Assembly (NCBI GenBank): GCA_020057405.1
Contig: JAGVFW010000013.1
Coordinates: 23,144 to 87,143 of the forward strand
DNA length: 64,000 nt
Origin: an archaeon
GTDB taxonomy: Archaea > Micrarchaeota > Micrarchaeia > Norongarragalinales > UBA97
Direction of reading: 5' to 3'
Under the pieces are notes generated by a model. It was not told the origin of the DNA and did no database searches. It was given only the letters and a program-made list of their open reading frames with translations. The position numbers and the translations under genes are program-made. Each line of letters starts with the position of its first letter. Positions within the stretch are counted from its first letter, which is position 1. Positions 38,137 to 47,945 of this stretch are shown in pieces.

Positions 38137-39453
38137 ATGGGACTTGGCGAAGGCATTCGAAAGGCACTCGCGCGCATTACCGGCGCGACGCTAGTCGACG
38201 AGGTGGCGGTAAAGGAACTCGTCAAGGACTTGCAACGCGCGTTAATCTCAAGCGACGTCAACGTCAAGCTCGTTTTTGACATCACGAAACGCATCGAAGA
38301 GCGCGCGATTTCGGAAAAGCCTCCCGCGATGCTCTCACAGCGCGAGCACGTCATCCAGATAGTCTACGGCGAGCTCGTGAAAATGCTCGGCGAGAAGCAC
38401 GAGGCTCGCGTGGGCAAGCAAAAAGTGATGATGCTTGGCCTCTTTGGAAGTGGAAAGACGACGACAATCTCAAAACTCGCGAAGTTCTTCCAAAAGCACG
38501 GCCTTAGCGTGGGCGTGATTGCAGGCGACGTGCACAGGCCGGCTGCCTACGAGCAGCTCGAGCAGCTCTCGAAGATAGTCAACTGCGGGTTTTACGGGAG
38601 AAAGGGCGGCACGGCAGTAGAGATTGCGCGGGAAGGAATGCAGGCGCTTGCGAAAAACGACGTCATCATCCTAGACACCGCCGGCAGGAGCGCCTTTGAC
38701 GAGGAGCTTGCAAAAGAGCTAAAGGAACTCAACGCCGTTTTCGAGCCAGACGAAAAGTTTCTGGTCGTGAGCGCCGATGTCGGCCAAGTTGCCGGCAAGC
38801 AGGCTGACGAGTTCAACAAAAACATCGGCGTCACCGGCGTCATTGTCACGAAAATGGATGGCTCGGGCAAGGGCGGCGGCGCGCTCTCAAGCGTGCACAA
38901 GAGCGGCGCTAAAGTCGCCTTCATCGGCACTGGCGAAAAGCCAGACGCGCTTGAAGAGTTTGACGCGACCAAGTTCGTCGCCCAATTGTGCGGATTCCCT
39001 GACCTCGCGGCGCTCTTGGAGAAGGCAAAAGAGGCGACTGAAGAGCAGGACCTCTCAACGGCAATGGAGAGCGGCAAGCTTGACTACAATAGTTTTATGG
39101 CGCAAATGAAGGCAATGCGCAAGATGGGTCCCCTCAAAAGCATTTTGCAGATGATGGGCGCTTACGACCTGCCCGAAGAGCTCGTCGTGAAAAGCGAAGA
39201 GAAGATGAAGAAATTTGAGGCAATCGTGCACAGCATGACACCCGACGAACGGACTACGCCGGACTCGATGAAGAACGCCAAGCGCCAGGAACGCGTCGCG
39301 CGCGGGGCCGGCGTCAAGCCCGACGAAGTCAAGGAACTCGTCAACAACTTTGAGAAATCGCAGAAGATGATGAAAGCAATGCAGGGCAACCGCGGGCTCA
39401 TGAAGCGCTTCAACAAGATGGGCGGCAACCTCGGCGGCCTGCTTGGAAGGTAA
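38137..39453 (+). CDS. srp54: signal recognition particle protein SRP54 (start moved to MGLGEGIRKAL)
   Basis: N domain, G domain (GLFGSGKTTT, DTAGR, TKMDG) and Met-rich M domain. Confidence 0.9.
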   Translation: MGLGEGIRKALARITGATLVDEVAVKELVKDLQRALISSDVNVKLVFDITKRIEERAISEKPPAMLSQREHVIQIVYGELVKMLGEKHEARVGKQKVMMLGLFGSGKTTTISKLAKFFQKHGLSVGVIAGDVHRPAAYEQLEQLSKIVNCGFYGRKGGTAVEIAREGMQALAKNDVIILDTAGRSAFDEELAKELKELNAVFEPDEKFLVVSADVGQVAGKQADEFNKNIGVTGVIVTKMDGSGKGGGALSSVHKSGAKVAFIGTGEKPDALEEFDATKFVAQLCGFPDLAALLEKAKEATEEQDLSTAMESGKLDYNSFMAQMKAMRKMGPLKSILQMMGAYDLPEELVVKSEEKMKKFEAIVHSMTPDERTTPDSMKNAKRQERVARGAGVKPDEVKELVNNFEKSQKMMKAMQGNRGLMKRFNKMGGNLGGLLGR

Positions 39454-39458
39454 TTGAA

Positions 39459-40532
39459 ATGCTAGAACTCGTTGCAATCGCAGTTGCCCTCATCGGCACT
39501 GCAAAGGCTGCGTGGCAGGACTTTAAGACGAGCTTCATCGACGAGAAAATCACTTACTCCATGATTGGCGCTGGCTTTTCATTGACGTTAATGAACACGT
39601 TGAACGCTCCAATCGAACTTGCCCTCGCTTTTACAGCCATCATCTTAGCGGCAGGCTATTTCTTCCTCAAACAGTATCCGAATATTACACCCCAATCCAA
39701 ACACGGCGGGTTCTTCGTTATTTTTCTCCTCATAGTTCCACATCTCCTAAAACAAACTCAGGCATTTGGCCCGAACGTAGACTACGGGCTACTCATCTTA
39801 TCGTTTAACGGCGCGGCAGTCATCTTCGGCCTCGGCTGGCTCCTCTACAAGACGGGCAAGCTTGGCGGGGGGGATGTGCTGCTTTACACTGGCCTTCAAC
39901 TGCTTTTGCCCGTAAAGCCGCACGCACTTGACGGCATCATCCTGCCTTACGTTCTTACTCCCGACAAGCTATTCCAATGGCAACTGCTTTCCGACATCGG
40001 CCTGCCGTTCTTTCTTAGCATCTTTCTCCTTAGCACGATGCTTGCGCTCTTGGGCAGCTCGATTGTATACGCTTGGAGGTTGCGCAAGCTCAAGCTAAAA
40101 CCCGAATTGCTCTCCGCCGGCCTTGGCTTGGTTGCAGTAATCGGGTTTGCGTACGTGATGAACGTAATGGGCGCCTCACTCAAGGCAACCGCCTTCTACG
40201 CAATATTCCTCTTGCCTTCGGCGCTGCTATTGGCGTTTAGAAAGCAGCTGATGGACGAAGTCATCGTCCAGAAAGTGACTATAGCGCAAGTGGAGGACGA
40301 GGACATTCTCGTGCTCGACAAGATGCCCCAAGCCATTGTAAAGAAATACTCGCTTGGGCCTGTGCTCACCAAGTCGGAGGTCGAGAAGCTAAAACTCATC
40401 GTCAAGAAAGAGAAGATAACGAAATTCCCGGTCGCAAAAGTGCTTCCGCGCCTTGGGCCCTACGTTTTCCTCGCAGTGTTGCTTGGCGTGCTTGGGCTCG
40501 ACTTGTTTACAATCATTCTGGCAATCGCGTAA
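39459..40532 (+). CDS. polytopic membrane protein, possibly an A24-family prepilin/preflagellin peptidase-like
   Basis: Many TM helices. An Asp near the first TM and KLGGGDVLLY resemble the two catalytic Asp regions of type IV prepilin peptidases. This is weak. Confidence 0.4.
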   Translation: MLELVAIAVALIGTAKAAWQDFKTSFIDEKITYSMIGAGFSLTLMNTLNAPIELALAFTAIILAAGYFFLKQYPNITPQSKHGGFFVIFLLIVPHLLKQTQAFGPNVDYGLLILSFNGAAVIFGLGWLLYKTGKLGGGDVLLYTGLQLLLPVKPHALDGIILPYVLTPDKLFQWQLLSDIGLPFFLSIFLLSTMLALLGSSIVYAWRLRKLKLKPELLSAGLGLVAVIGFAYVMNVMGASLKATAFYAIFLLPSALLLAFRKQLMDEVIVQKVTIAQVEDEDILVLDKMPQAIVKKYSLGPVLTKSEVEKLKLIVKKEKITKFPVAKVLPRLGPYVFLAVLLGVLGLDLFTIILAIA

Positions 40533-41574
40533 AGCCCGTGCCGCTAACTTTCACTTCGCCTTTTTCGCCTTCGTTACCTCTAAGTTCAATTTCGCACTCC
40601 GGCAGGAACTGCCTTAGTACCCATGCGTTGGTGATTAAGTGGCGGTCCACGCGGCTGACGGTAAAGCTGCTTTCGCCTTTCGCTAGCGCGGCGTAAAGCA
40701 ATAGCTGGTCAGCCAAGTGCTCCTCAAGCGTTGTGCCGGCCTCAAGAAAAACCTTGAGCGCATGGACTGCCTCGCCGGCAACCTTGTGCGCCGGCTTGCT
40801 CTTCTCGCCGAGGGCAGAAAAGCCGTTGGCCAACCCGTTTGACTCGGCAAGCAAAAACAGCTCCGCGCCGATGCCGATTGATGGCGCGTTAAGCAACTCT
40901 ATCTTCGCGTCGCTTTGGCCCATATCCGCAAGCTCCCTCAAGGCTTTCGCCTTCATGCGCTCGGCAATCTCAAGCGGCAGGTTCGAGACAATCGAGTGAC
41001 CGCGGATTTTAGGGTGCGGGTTTGTTGCCTCGGGCGCAATCGGCTTTAGTGACTCGACAGGCTTGATTGTAGACTCAAGCACGCCGGCGCCTTGCGGAAA
41101 CCAGCCCCAGCGCTTGACGTCAACGGAAACGCGGCCGCCAAATTTGGCGAGCGCTGGAGCGAAGGCCTTTTGCATGAAGAAGCCGCTTGGCGCAAACGGG
41201 TTTGACGTTCCGCCGGTGATTTTTACTCGCGAGTCGGCGGAGGCGAAGAGAAGCGGGGGTAGAATTGTCTGCAGGACTAGCGTCGTGCTCCCCGCACTGC
41301 CGATGTCGAAGTCGTAGTCGCCGCCCTTGACTTGCGATGGTGAGAAATGGACTTCCTGCGAGCCTAGACTTGCGCCTTTGACAGCCGCGTCGCAAATTTC
41401 GGCGGCGGCCTTCACTGCAGTCAGGTGCTGAAGCTGCAGGCCGGGGTTGGAGCGCCCCGCGCGAATGCGCGAAATGCGGACGGGCTTTTGAAGCAGCGCG
41501 CTAAGCGACAGGCTCGTACGCAGGATTTGCCCGCCACCCTCAAGGTAGGAACCGTCGATTGAAATAAAATCCAC
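40513..41574 (-). CDS. rtcA: RNA 3'-terminal phosphate cyclase
   Basis: MDFISIDGSYLEGGGQILRTSLSLSAL… is the RtcA N-terminus, with repeat-domain architecture over 353 aa. Confidence 0.85.
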   Translation of the reverse strand: MDFISIDGSYLEGGGQILRTSLSLSALLQKPVRISRIRAGRSNPGLQLQHLTAVKAAAEICDAAVKGASLGSQEVHFSPSQVKGGDYDFDIGSAGSTTLVLQTILPPLLFASADSRVKITGGTSNPFAPSGFFMQKAFAPALAKFGGRVSVDVKRWGWFPQGAGVLESTIKPVESLKPIAPEATNPHPKIRGHSIVSNLPLEIAERMKAKALRELADMGQSDAKIELLNAPSIGIGAELFLLAESNGLANGFSALGEKSKPAHKVAGEAVHALKVFLEAGTTLEEHLADQLLLYAALAKGESSFTVSRVDRHLITNAWVLRQFLPECEIELRGNEGEKGEVKVSGTGFTRLPE

Positions 41575-41603
41575 GAAAATAGTTTTGGAGAAGGCCGTTT
41601 AAA

Positions 41604-42371
41604 CTAGACGCGCTTTCTGCCTTCTGCCCTAACGGCGCGCACCATGCGCTTGATTTTTGAGGAAACGTCGCCGACTTCAAAAGCCGTGCCGACCTGGATG
41701 CCGCAGGCGCCTGCCTTGATTTGGGCAGCCGCTTGCGCGGGAGTGCGGACGCCGCCTGCGCTAAAGAGCATTACTTCGTCAGCGCACGCCTTTGCCATCC
41801 CCTGAATCAAAGGCAGGGGCGCTGGCGATGGGGCGCCGCTTCCTGAATCTGCAATGAGTACGTGGCTACCGGAAAAGCGAGCGGAGAGCGCGCAGGCAGC
41901 GCCCAGGTCGGGCCTGTCGCGCGGCAAAAGGTTGGCGTTTCCAATCCAGCCAACTGCGCGGCCGGGTTCGACAACTAGGTAAGTCGTTGCGATTGGCTCG
42001 ATGCCCAGCTTCGCGACAACGGGTGCGGCCTGGATTTGCGCGGTCGAGAGCCAGTAGACGTCGCGCGAGTTGAGCATGTGCATGAAATAGACTGCGTCGG
42101 CGTAGGCGGTGAGGCCGGAGATGTTGCCGGGAAAGAGCACGATTGGGATTGGGACTTCTTCCTTGATGCGTCTGACTGTCTCGTCAACCGCATTGCCCTG
42201 GGCGCCGATGCTGCCGCCGATTAAGATGACGTCGGCACCGGCCTCGTAGCTGCTTTTAGCTATTGCCACGCCCTTTTCCATGAAGCTCTTGTCGGGGTCG
42301 ATTAATGAGCAGAGCATTGCCCCCTGGGATGACAGTTTTTCCCTATAGTACTTCTCTACTTTTCCAACCAT
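41604..42371 (-). CDS. geranylgeranylglyceryl phosphate synthase (PcrB/GGGPS family) (start moved to an internal Met)
   Basis: TIM-barrel PcrB motifs …DPDKS…GADVILIGGS…, …VLFPGN…, …SGSGAP…. Confidence 0.8.
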   Translation of the reverse strand: MVGKVEKYYREKLSSQGAMLCSLIDPDKSFMEKGVAIAKSSYEAGADVILIGGSIGAQGNAVDETVRRIKEEVPIPIVLFPGNISGLTAYADAVYFMHMLNSRDVYWLSTAQIQAAPVVAKLGIEPIATTYLVVEPGRAVGWIGNANLLPRDRPDLGAACALSARFSGSHVLIADSGSGAPSPAPLPLIQGMAKACADEVMLFSAGGVRTPAQAAAQIKAGACGIQVGTAFEVGDVSSKIKRMVRAVRAEGRKRV

Positions 42372-42463
42372 AGCGACCACGCCAAAACGAGTTAGCGCCC
42401 GCAAGTATATAAAGTTCCTTTTGCCTTCAACTTGCGGTGGGGCAAAAAAACCGTTTTTTGTGA

Positions 42464-43816
42464 GTGGATTTGATGGTCGGGACACTGGAAGACGAGGTAA
42501 TTGAAAAGACCGGCTGGGAAGCCGAGCGGCTCGAAAAAGAAGTTTTCACCCGCCAAGAGCGCTTTGCGGGACTCTTGACCCGCGAGGCCGCAGTGCAGAT
42601 TATTGCCGAAGAAAGCGGTGTGAAGCCCGCACCCGAAAAAGAAGTCATCTACGACCAACTCTCTCGCGCCAAGACAACGCCAGGCGCTTCAGTCAACGTA
42701 CGCGCGCGCGTTTTCCACGCCTTTGCGCCAAAACGGTTTTCAAAACCCGACGGCAAGGGCGGCGAACGGCAGGGAAAAGTCTGCAACGTGATTCTCAAGG
42801 ACGCAACAGGCGAGGCGACTCTAGTTCTTTGGGGCAACGACGTCGACCTCGTAGAGAAGGACGGGCTTGAGCGCGGCGACGTTGTCGAAATCAAGGGCGC
42901 TTACGTCAAGAGCGTCTCACCACTAGAGCTTCATACTAGCATGCTCACGCGGTTAGACATTGCCGAAGGCGATTTTCCCGACCTGCCCCTGCCGACCAAG
43001 AAACCCGTGCAGCTAAGCGCCCTTTCGCCGGGAATGCAGGACACGGACTTTTACGGCCGCGTGATGCGCGTTGGCAAGGCAAACGAGTTCGTCCGCGTGA
43101 CGAAAAAAGGCACGCAGGAGAAAGGGCTAGTGTGCGACTGCACTCTATCAGACGGCAAGGCAAGCATGCGCTTTGTCGCCTGGGACGAAAACGCCCGGTG
43201 CCTCGAGCGCGCAGAGGCAGGCGATGCAGTCAAAGTCGAAGGCGCCTATGTCAAGAGCAACGCGAGTGCCGAAGTCGAGGCGCACGCTGGGTGGACCAGC
43301 CACGTCGTCCTCTCGCCCAAAGGCCACACATTGGCCTCAACGCAGGAAATGCTCTCGAGCCTCTATCCAAGAAAACTTTTGTCTGAATTAAACGACGGGG
43401 AAACGGCGCTCGTGACCGCCAAAGTCATCGAGCTGCGAAGCGCCGCAGTGATTACCAAGTGCACCGCCTGCGGGGCGCGCACTGAAAGCGGGAAGTGCGC
43501 GACTTGCGGCTCTGAAAAGACGCGGAGCTTCCTGATGGTGCGCTGCCGCCTCGACGACGGTTTCGCAAACCTCCCGGCAGTGCTTTTTGGCCGCGAGGCA
43601 ATGGACTTGCTTGGGCTAAAGCAGCTTGGCATCGACGCGGGCACTGCACTAGAGCTGAAGAAAGACTACTTGATTGGCAAGGACGCGTCGTTTGTCCTCC
43701 AAGCGAAGAAAAACGACGTCTCAGGCGAGCTCGAAGTCGTCGTGCGCCAAGTAGTCAGCACGAATCCTAACCCGGCTGACGTTGCCGGCGATCTCTCAAA
43801 GCGGCTTGAAAACTAA
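42464..43816 (+). CDS. rpa: replication protein A (euryarchaeal-type RPA with OB folds and a C4 zinc ribbon)
   Basis: N-terminal RPA-like helical domain, several OB-fold segments, and CTACGARTESGKCATCGS. Confidence 0.8.
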   Translation: MDLMVGTLEDEVIEKTGWEAERLEKEVFTRQERFAGLLTREAAVQIIAEESGVKPAPEKEVIYDQLSRAKTTPGASVNVRARVFHAFAPKRFSKPDGKGGERQGKVCNVILKDATGEATLVLWGNDVDLVEKDGLERGDVVEIKGAYVKSVSPLELHTSMLTRLDIAEGDFPDLPLPTKKPVQLSALSPGMQDTDFYGRVMRVGKANEFVRVTKKGTQEKGLVCDCTLSDGKASMRFVAWDENARCLERAEAGDAVKVEGAYVKSNASAEVEAHAGWTSHVVLSPKGHTLASTQEMLSSLYPRKLLSELNDGETALVTAKVIELRSAAVITKCTACGARTESGKCATCGSEKTRSFLMVRCRLDDGFANLPAVLFGREAMDLLGLKQLGIDAGTALELKKDYLIGKDASFVLQAKKNDVSGELEVVVRQVVSTNPNPADVAGDLSKRLEN

Positions 43817-43870
43817 GGCCGGCAAGCCACTGGCGAAAGTTTTTCTAAAGCTAACTAAACTAAGGTATAT

Positions 43871-44077
43871 GTGAAGCACATGACCCGGGTTTCCCTTACA
43901 TCTGAAGCTTACGCCCGGCTAAAGGCAGTCAAGCAGCAGGGCGAGAGTTTCAGCGACGTCGTCATGCAGCACGTTCCGCAGAAAATAGACTTGAAGGACT
44001 TTTTGGGCTCCTGCAAGGGAATGGATGCAGACAAGCTCAACGTGAGGATTAAATCCGAGAGGCGAAGACGATGGTGA
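43871..44077 (+). CDS. putative antitoxin-like protein (COG1753-type: …SLTSEAYARLKAVKQQGESFSDVV…)
   Basis: The SL[ST].EAY.RLK…GESFSDV motif is characteristic of a small archaeal VapB-like antitoxin family. Confidence 0.5.
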   Translation: MKHMTRVSLTSEAYARLKAVKQQGESFSDVVMQHVPQKIDLKDFLGSCKGMDADKLNVRIKSERRRRW

Positions 44078-44136
44078 AACGGGTCGGCAAACCGGTTCCG
44101 AAAACCTAATTAACTTCCGTATAACTAAGTATAACT

Positions 44137-44367
44137 ATGGCTGGAGCGGAAGTGATTAGGGTGACGGTGAAGCAGTGGGGTAACTCGAAGGGCGTCGTAA
44201 TTCCCAAAGGGGTTGACGCCGAAGTGGGGGACGAACTAGATTTGCGGATAGAGAAGTCAGTAAAACCCCTTAGAGTTAGAGACATTTTTGGCATAATCAA
44301 GCGCAAGGGCGTGCGGCCTGACGCGATAAAGGTATTGAAAGACCTACGCAGGAGCGACTGGAAATGA
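44137..44367 (+). CDS. vapB: AbrB/MazE/SpoVT-type antitoxin (VapB-like)
   Basis: VKQWGNSKGVVIPKGV swapped-hairpin motif. 4-nt overlap with the downstream PIN gene. Confidence 0.6.
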   Translation: MAGAEVIRVTVKQWGNSKGVVIPKGVDAEVGDELDLRIEKSVKPLRVRDIFGIIKRKGVRPDAIKVLKDLRRSDWK

Positions 44368-44726
44368 ACTACTTCTTCGATTCTTCAGCTATCATTGAGG
44401 TCATCGAAGGAAACCCCGGCTACTCTAAATTCGGGGCTTGCCAAGTGGTTACTGCACCCATAAACTTCGCCGAAGTCCACTACTACGGTTTGCGTGAAAA
44501 CCACGAAGGGGAAGTGGCGGCCGCGTTCGCAGGCGGAAACGCTGTTTTTCTTTCCCCGAACCTTGCCGACTGGAAAAAGGCAGCGGAATTCCGATTCGCC
44601 CATAAAAAGAAAGACTTCAGCATCGCCGACTGCGTCGGATACACCTTGGCCAAGAAGAACGGACTCGTATTTCTGACCCGCGACAAGGCATTTAGCGGAA
44701 TGCCGGGTACGGAAGTAGTCATCTAA
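44364..44726 (+). CDS. vapC: PIN-domain ribonuclease toxin VapC
   Basis: N-terminal FFDSSAII (Asp-5-like), a conserved acidic later in the sequence, and TRDK near the C-terminus. Confidence 0.7.
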   Translation: MNYFFDSSAIIEVIEGNPGYSKFGACQVVTAPINFAEVHYYGLRENHEGEVAAAFAGGNAVFLSPNLADWKKAAEFRFAHKKKDFSIADCVGYTLAKKNGLVFLTRDKAFSGMPGTEVVI

Positions 44727-45314
44727 CTAGTTTTTGTAGAGCCCGCGGTTGCGCAGGAAGCCCTTGAGGTTCTCCCGCATCTCGTCAAGCTGGCCTTCGT
44801 TGAGAACCACGGCATCAGCGCCGTGGGCGACGTGGCCGATGTTCTGCTCGAACGGCTTGGCGTCGGGCTTGTTCTCTTTTTCTTCCGAAAGCACGAAATC
44901 CTCGAATGAAAGCTCGTCGCCCTTGTCGCGGTGGCGCTTTTTTATGCGTTCGTAGCGGACTTTGACGCCCGCCTCGACGAAAATCAGCTCGAAATCCTTG
45001 CCGAATGCCTCTCGCAGCACGTCGATTTCTCCTTGGGTGCGCAGGGAATCGACTAAGGCAAGCTTGGTTTCTTTAGGCAGGGCCTTCATTTTCTCGACGA
45101 CCCTGCGCGCGGGCTCGCCGGGACCGAACTTCTTTCTGATGTCGTTGGCAACTTCCTGCTTCGTCGGCCTGTCGGTTCCAAGGCCGCGCCGGATGCACTC
45201 TTCAGTGATTTCGTCACTGGTGCTGAAAGCGGCAGCGCCGGTAAGCTCTTGAATTAGCTGGATTGCCGTACCCTTTCCCGCGCCGAAAAACCCGACGAAA
45301 CCAAGAACCTTCAT
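44727..45314 (-). CDS. P-loop nucleotide kinase (UPF0200 / dephospho-CoA-kinase-like archaeal family)
   Basis: GFFGAGKGT Walker A at the N-terminus. ~195 aa. Confidence 0.55.
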   Translation of the reverse strand: MKVLGFVGFFGAGKGTAIQLIQELTGAAAFSTSDEITEECIRRGLGTDRPTKQEVANDIRKKFGPGEPARRVVEKMKALPKETKLALVDSLRTQGEIDVLREAFGKDFELIFVEAGVKVRYERIKKRHRDKGDELSFEDFVLSEEKENKPDAKPFEQNIGHVAHGADAVVLNEGQLDEMRENLKGFLRNRGLYKN

Positions 45315-45364
45315 AAAAGAAATTAGGTCGGCTGCAGGCTAATAAACACTGGCGCGCCGGCGGC

Positions 45365-46399
45365 TTAATCGACGACTTTAGTCTCTAGCTTCTCGAGGTC
45401 GCAGAAGTCGGACGCGAAGTTGTAGGCCCCCGCGTTGATGAAAACAAGCGGTTGCCCGACTTTGGGCGCCTCTAGGTAAACGCGGTAGCGGAACAAGTCG
45501 ACCGAGCATGGCGTCACGCCCTTGACGACGTACGGCTCGCCATTGCCTGCAGGCAATTCACCCTCGATTAGTAGCTTTACCGGCACGATTACCGCGTCCA
45601 TGTCGGAATTGTAGACCGAGGCGTTGACGATGACGTTGTTCTCGTGGATGCCGATGATGGTCGTGACGAGCTTGCAGGCCGGCGCTGCGATGAAGCGGCC
45701 GGGCTCGATGACGAGCTTGATTCCGCGGCCGTTAGTCCACTGGCGGAACTCTTGGATTTTCTCAAGGATGCCTGGCAGGATGCCGGGGTTGGTGTTGGCG
45801 TAGTCTGAAGGCAGGCCACCGCCGATGTTGATGAGCTGGATTGCCTTTAGCGACTCTTCGGAGAGCAGGCTTGACACTTCGTAGACTAGGTTCCATTCAC
45901 TCACGTTCTGCGTTTTTCGGTGGAAGTGCACGCCAAGGGCGGCGATTGACGCGTGCCCGGTGAGTTCCTTTAGCCGCCTGTTGACAACATCGGCAGTCAT
46001 GCCGAAAACGAAGAACCTTTCGGTGCGAAGCGTGTGCTCGCGCAGCTTGATGCGCAGGTAAAGTGTGATTTTCTCGCTCCTTGAGGGCAGGTGCGCCATT
46101 AGCACGTCGAGGTCGGACTCGTTGTCGACAACAAAACTGCGGATGCCCATTTGCAGGAGGCCGTTGATTTGTTCTGGTGTCCAGGCTTGCGCGAGGAACA
46201 ACACGCGGCTCTTGTCTGCAAGGTGCTTTAGCTCGCCCTCAAAGTGCACGCTGAAGAGCGAATCCGTGTTTTCCTCGAGGATTGGCGTGACTTGCTGGTT
46301 TGTTTTCGAGCTATAGGAGACCGCGTCGCCAAGCTCGCGCACTTTGGCGTACTGCCTTAGCACGGTCTTTTTCGAGAGCTCAAAGTAAGGTTCTTCCAT
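45365..46399 (-). CDS. PLP-dependent decarboxylase of the Orn/DAP/Arg decarboxylase (alanine-racemase fold) family
   Basis: …YAKVRELGDAVSYSSKTN… has the PLP-Lys context. Barrel plus C-terminal β domain over ~344 aa. Confidence 0.65.
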   Translation of the reverse strand: MEEPYFELSKKTVLRQYAKVRELGDAVSYSSKTNQQVTPILEENTDSLFSVHFEGELKHLADKSRVLFLAQAWTPEQINGLLQMGIRSFVVDNESDLDVLMAHLPSRSEKITLYLRIKLREHTLRTERFFVFGMTADVVNRRLKELTGHASIAALGVHFHRKTQNVSEWNLVYEVSSLLSEESLKAIQLINIGGGLPSDYANTNPGILPGILEKIQEFRQWTNGRGIKLVIEPGRFIAAPACKLVTTIIGIHENNVIVNASVYNSDMDAVIVPVKLLIEGELPAGNGEPYVVKGVTPCSVDLFRYRVYLEAPKVGQPLVFINAGAYNFASDFCDLEKLETKVVD

Positions 46400-46405
46400 C
46401 GCAAA

Positions 46406-47359
46406 TCACTTCCTAAGCAGGTTCTCGGCGTCAAGCTCCTCAAACGCGCGAATCATCACGAGCGGGAAGGTGATTGTCACGTCGCCGATGACGGTCGCCA
46501 CGTCGCTCTCGTCCTTGACTTTGCCCCACGACTTGGCTTCATTCGTCGTCGCACCGCTCATTGAACCTGACGTCTTGTGCGCAGTTGTCATGTAGACGGC
46601 GTATTCCGCACCGCCGTTTAGGAGAGTGGCGAGGATGGCGTGGTGCTTTGAAATGCTGCCGCCGAGGGCGATGACGCCCTTCTTGTCGTCGTGGCTGGTC
46701 GCGTAGAGAATGTTTCCGAAGTCCTTGACGACATCAATGACGAAGTCAGGGTGATCCTGCTGGAAGAGATATAGGTGAAAGCCGAAAGCGCCGTCGGTCA
46801 CTGCGGGGCAGAAGATTGGCACATTGTTTTTCGCCGCTTGGTAGAGAATAGAGTCCTCATCGTTTAGCTGCAGGCCGATTTCGCGAAGCATTTCCGAGAC
46901 TGCCCAGCGCTTTTTCTTGGCGTAGAGGCCGGCGATGACTGGGCGCAGGAGGTTCTCGAAGTTCATGTAACTCTCGTTCTTCACAAGAATGTTGCCAACG
47001 CGGTTGATTCCCTGCTCGTGCAGCTCGACGTCGTCGCGCTCGAAAGTGCCTAACTGGAAGCGCTCGCCCTTGGCCTTCATTATGTCTTCTTCAATGCCCC
47101 CAACGGTGGTGATGACGATGTCCGCCATGCCAAGGCGAATGCATTGTGCAAAGAAGCCCCTGAGGCCGGAAGTGACCATGTTGGAAGTGAAAGTGAGGAA
47201 AATCTTTGCGCCGTCCTTCTTCATTTTCACGATGACGTCTGACGCTTTCTTGAGCTCGACGCTCTGGTAACCGATTTGCGAGTAGCCGGCGACCAGTTCT
47301 CGCACGGTAATGCCTTTTTTCCAAGTAAAGTCCTTAACGTAATCAACCATTGAAATCAC
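46406..47359 (-). CDS. dys: deoxyhypusine synthase
   Basis: Length and motifs (…GGSISKHHAIL…, …TTVGGIEEDI…) match DHS. Confidence 0.8.
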   Translation of the reverse strand: MISMVDYVKDFTWKKGITVRELVAGYSQIGYQSVELKKASDVIVKMKKDGAKIFLTFTSNMVTSGLRGFFAQCIRLGMADIVITTVGGIEEDIMKAKGERFQLGTFERDDVELHEQGINRVGNILVKNESYMNFENLLRPVIAGLYAKKKRWAVSEMLREIGLQLNDEDSILYQAAKNNVPIFCPAVTDGAFGFHLYLFQQDHPDFVIDVVKDFGNILYATSHDDKKGVIALGGSISKHHAILATLLNGGAEYAVYMTTAHKTSGSMSGATTNEAKSWGKVKDESDVATVIGDVTITFPLVMIRAFEELDAENLLRK

Positions 47360-47494
47360 CTTTATGAATTATGGCGTAAAAGCCAGCGAAGCTGGCGCTA
47401 GAAATGAAAAGTAGGAATTACGGACAGTCTTTCTTCTGGTTTAGCATCAAAATCGTTATCCCAAAAATAATATGCCCGCCAACGTATTTAAACG

Positions 47495-47809
47495 TCAGTG
47501 AACGCGCTTGATTTTGGGGAAGCGGTCGAAGCCTGAATCCGGGGTTCGGGACTTTTTGGACAATAAATCTGCCTTGCGAAGTTGTTTTTTCCTTAGGATA
47601 AGTTCAACCCATTCTTTGCATGAAGGGCAGAGGGTATGCATTTCAACCGTTTCTCCGCTCAGGGTGGAGTGCTTAGGGGAAAGCCGAGTCCACTCGTACG
47701 AGTCAAGACTGCATCCCATGTCTTTGGTCTGGAATCCGCCAATCTTCTTGCCACAATAAGGGCAGAAAAAATTTCCACGAATTGAATCGAACAGCCCCAC
47801 GTTAATCAC
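47495..47809 (-). CDS. zinc-ribbon protein (CPYC…CPSC)
   Basis: Two CxxC pairs. ORF only. Confidence 0.35.
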   Translation of the reverse strand: MINVGLFDSIRGNFFCPYCGKKIGGFQTKDMGCSLDSYEWTRLSPKHSTLSGETVEMHTLCPSCKEWVELILRKKQLRKADLLSKKSRTPDSGFDRFPKIKRVH

Positions 47810-47945
47810 TTAGAAAAGCTGGTTGTCAGCGTATTAAAATACATTTTGAAGTGGCTTGCCAGCCTTGCCGGGGTGCCTTTCGGGCCGCTGCCGTTTGGTG
47901 GCCCCAGTTCCAAACGCTTTTTAACGCGGGCGGTGTGATGCTTGC

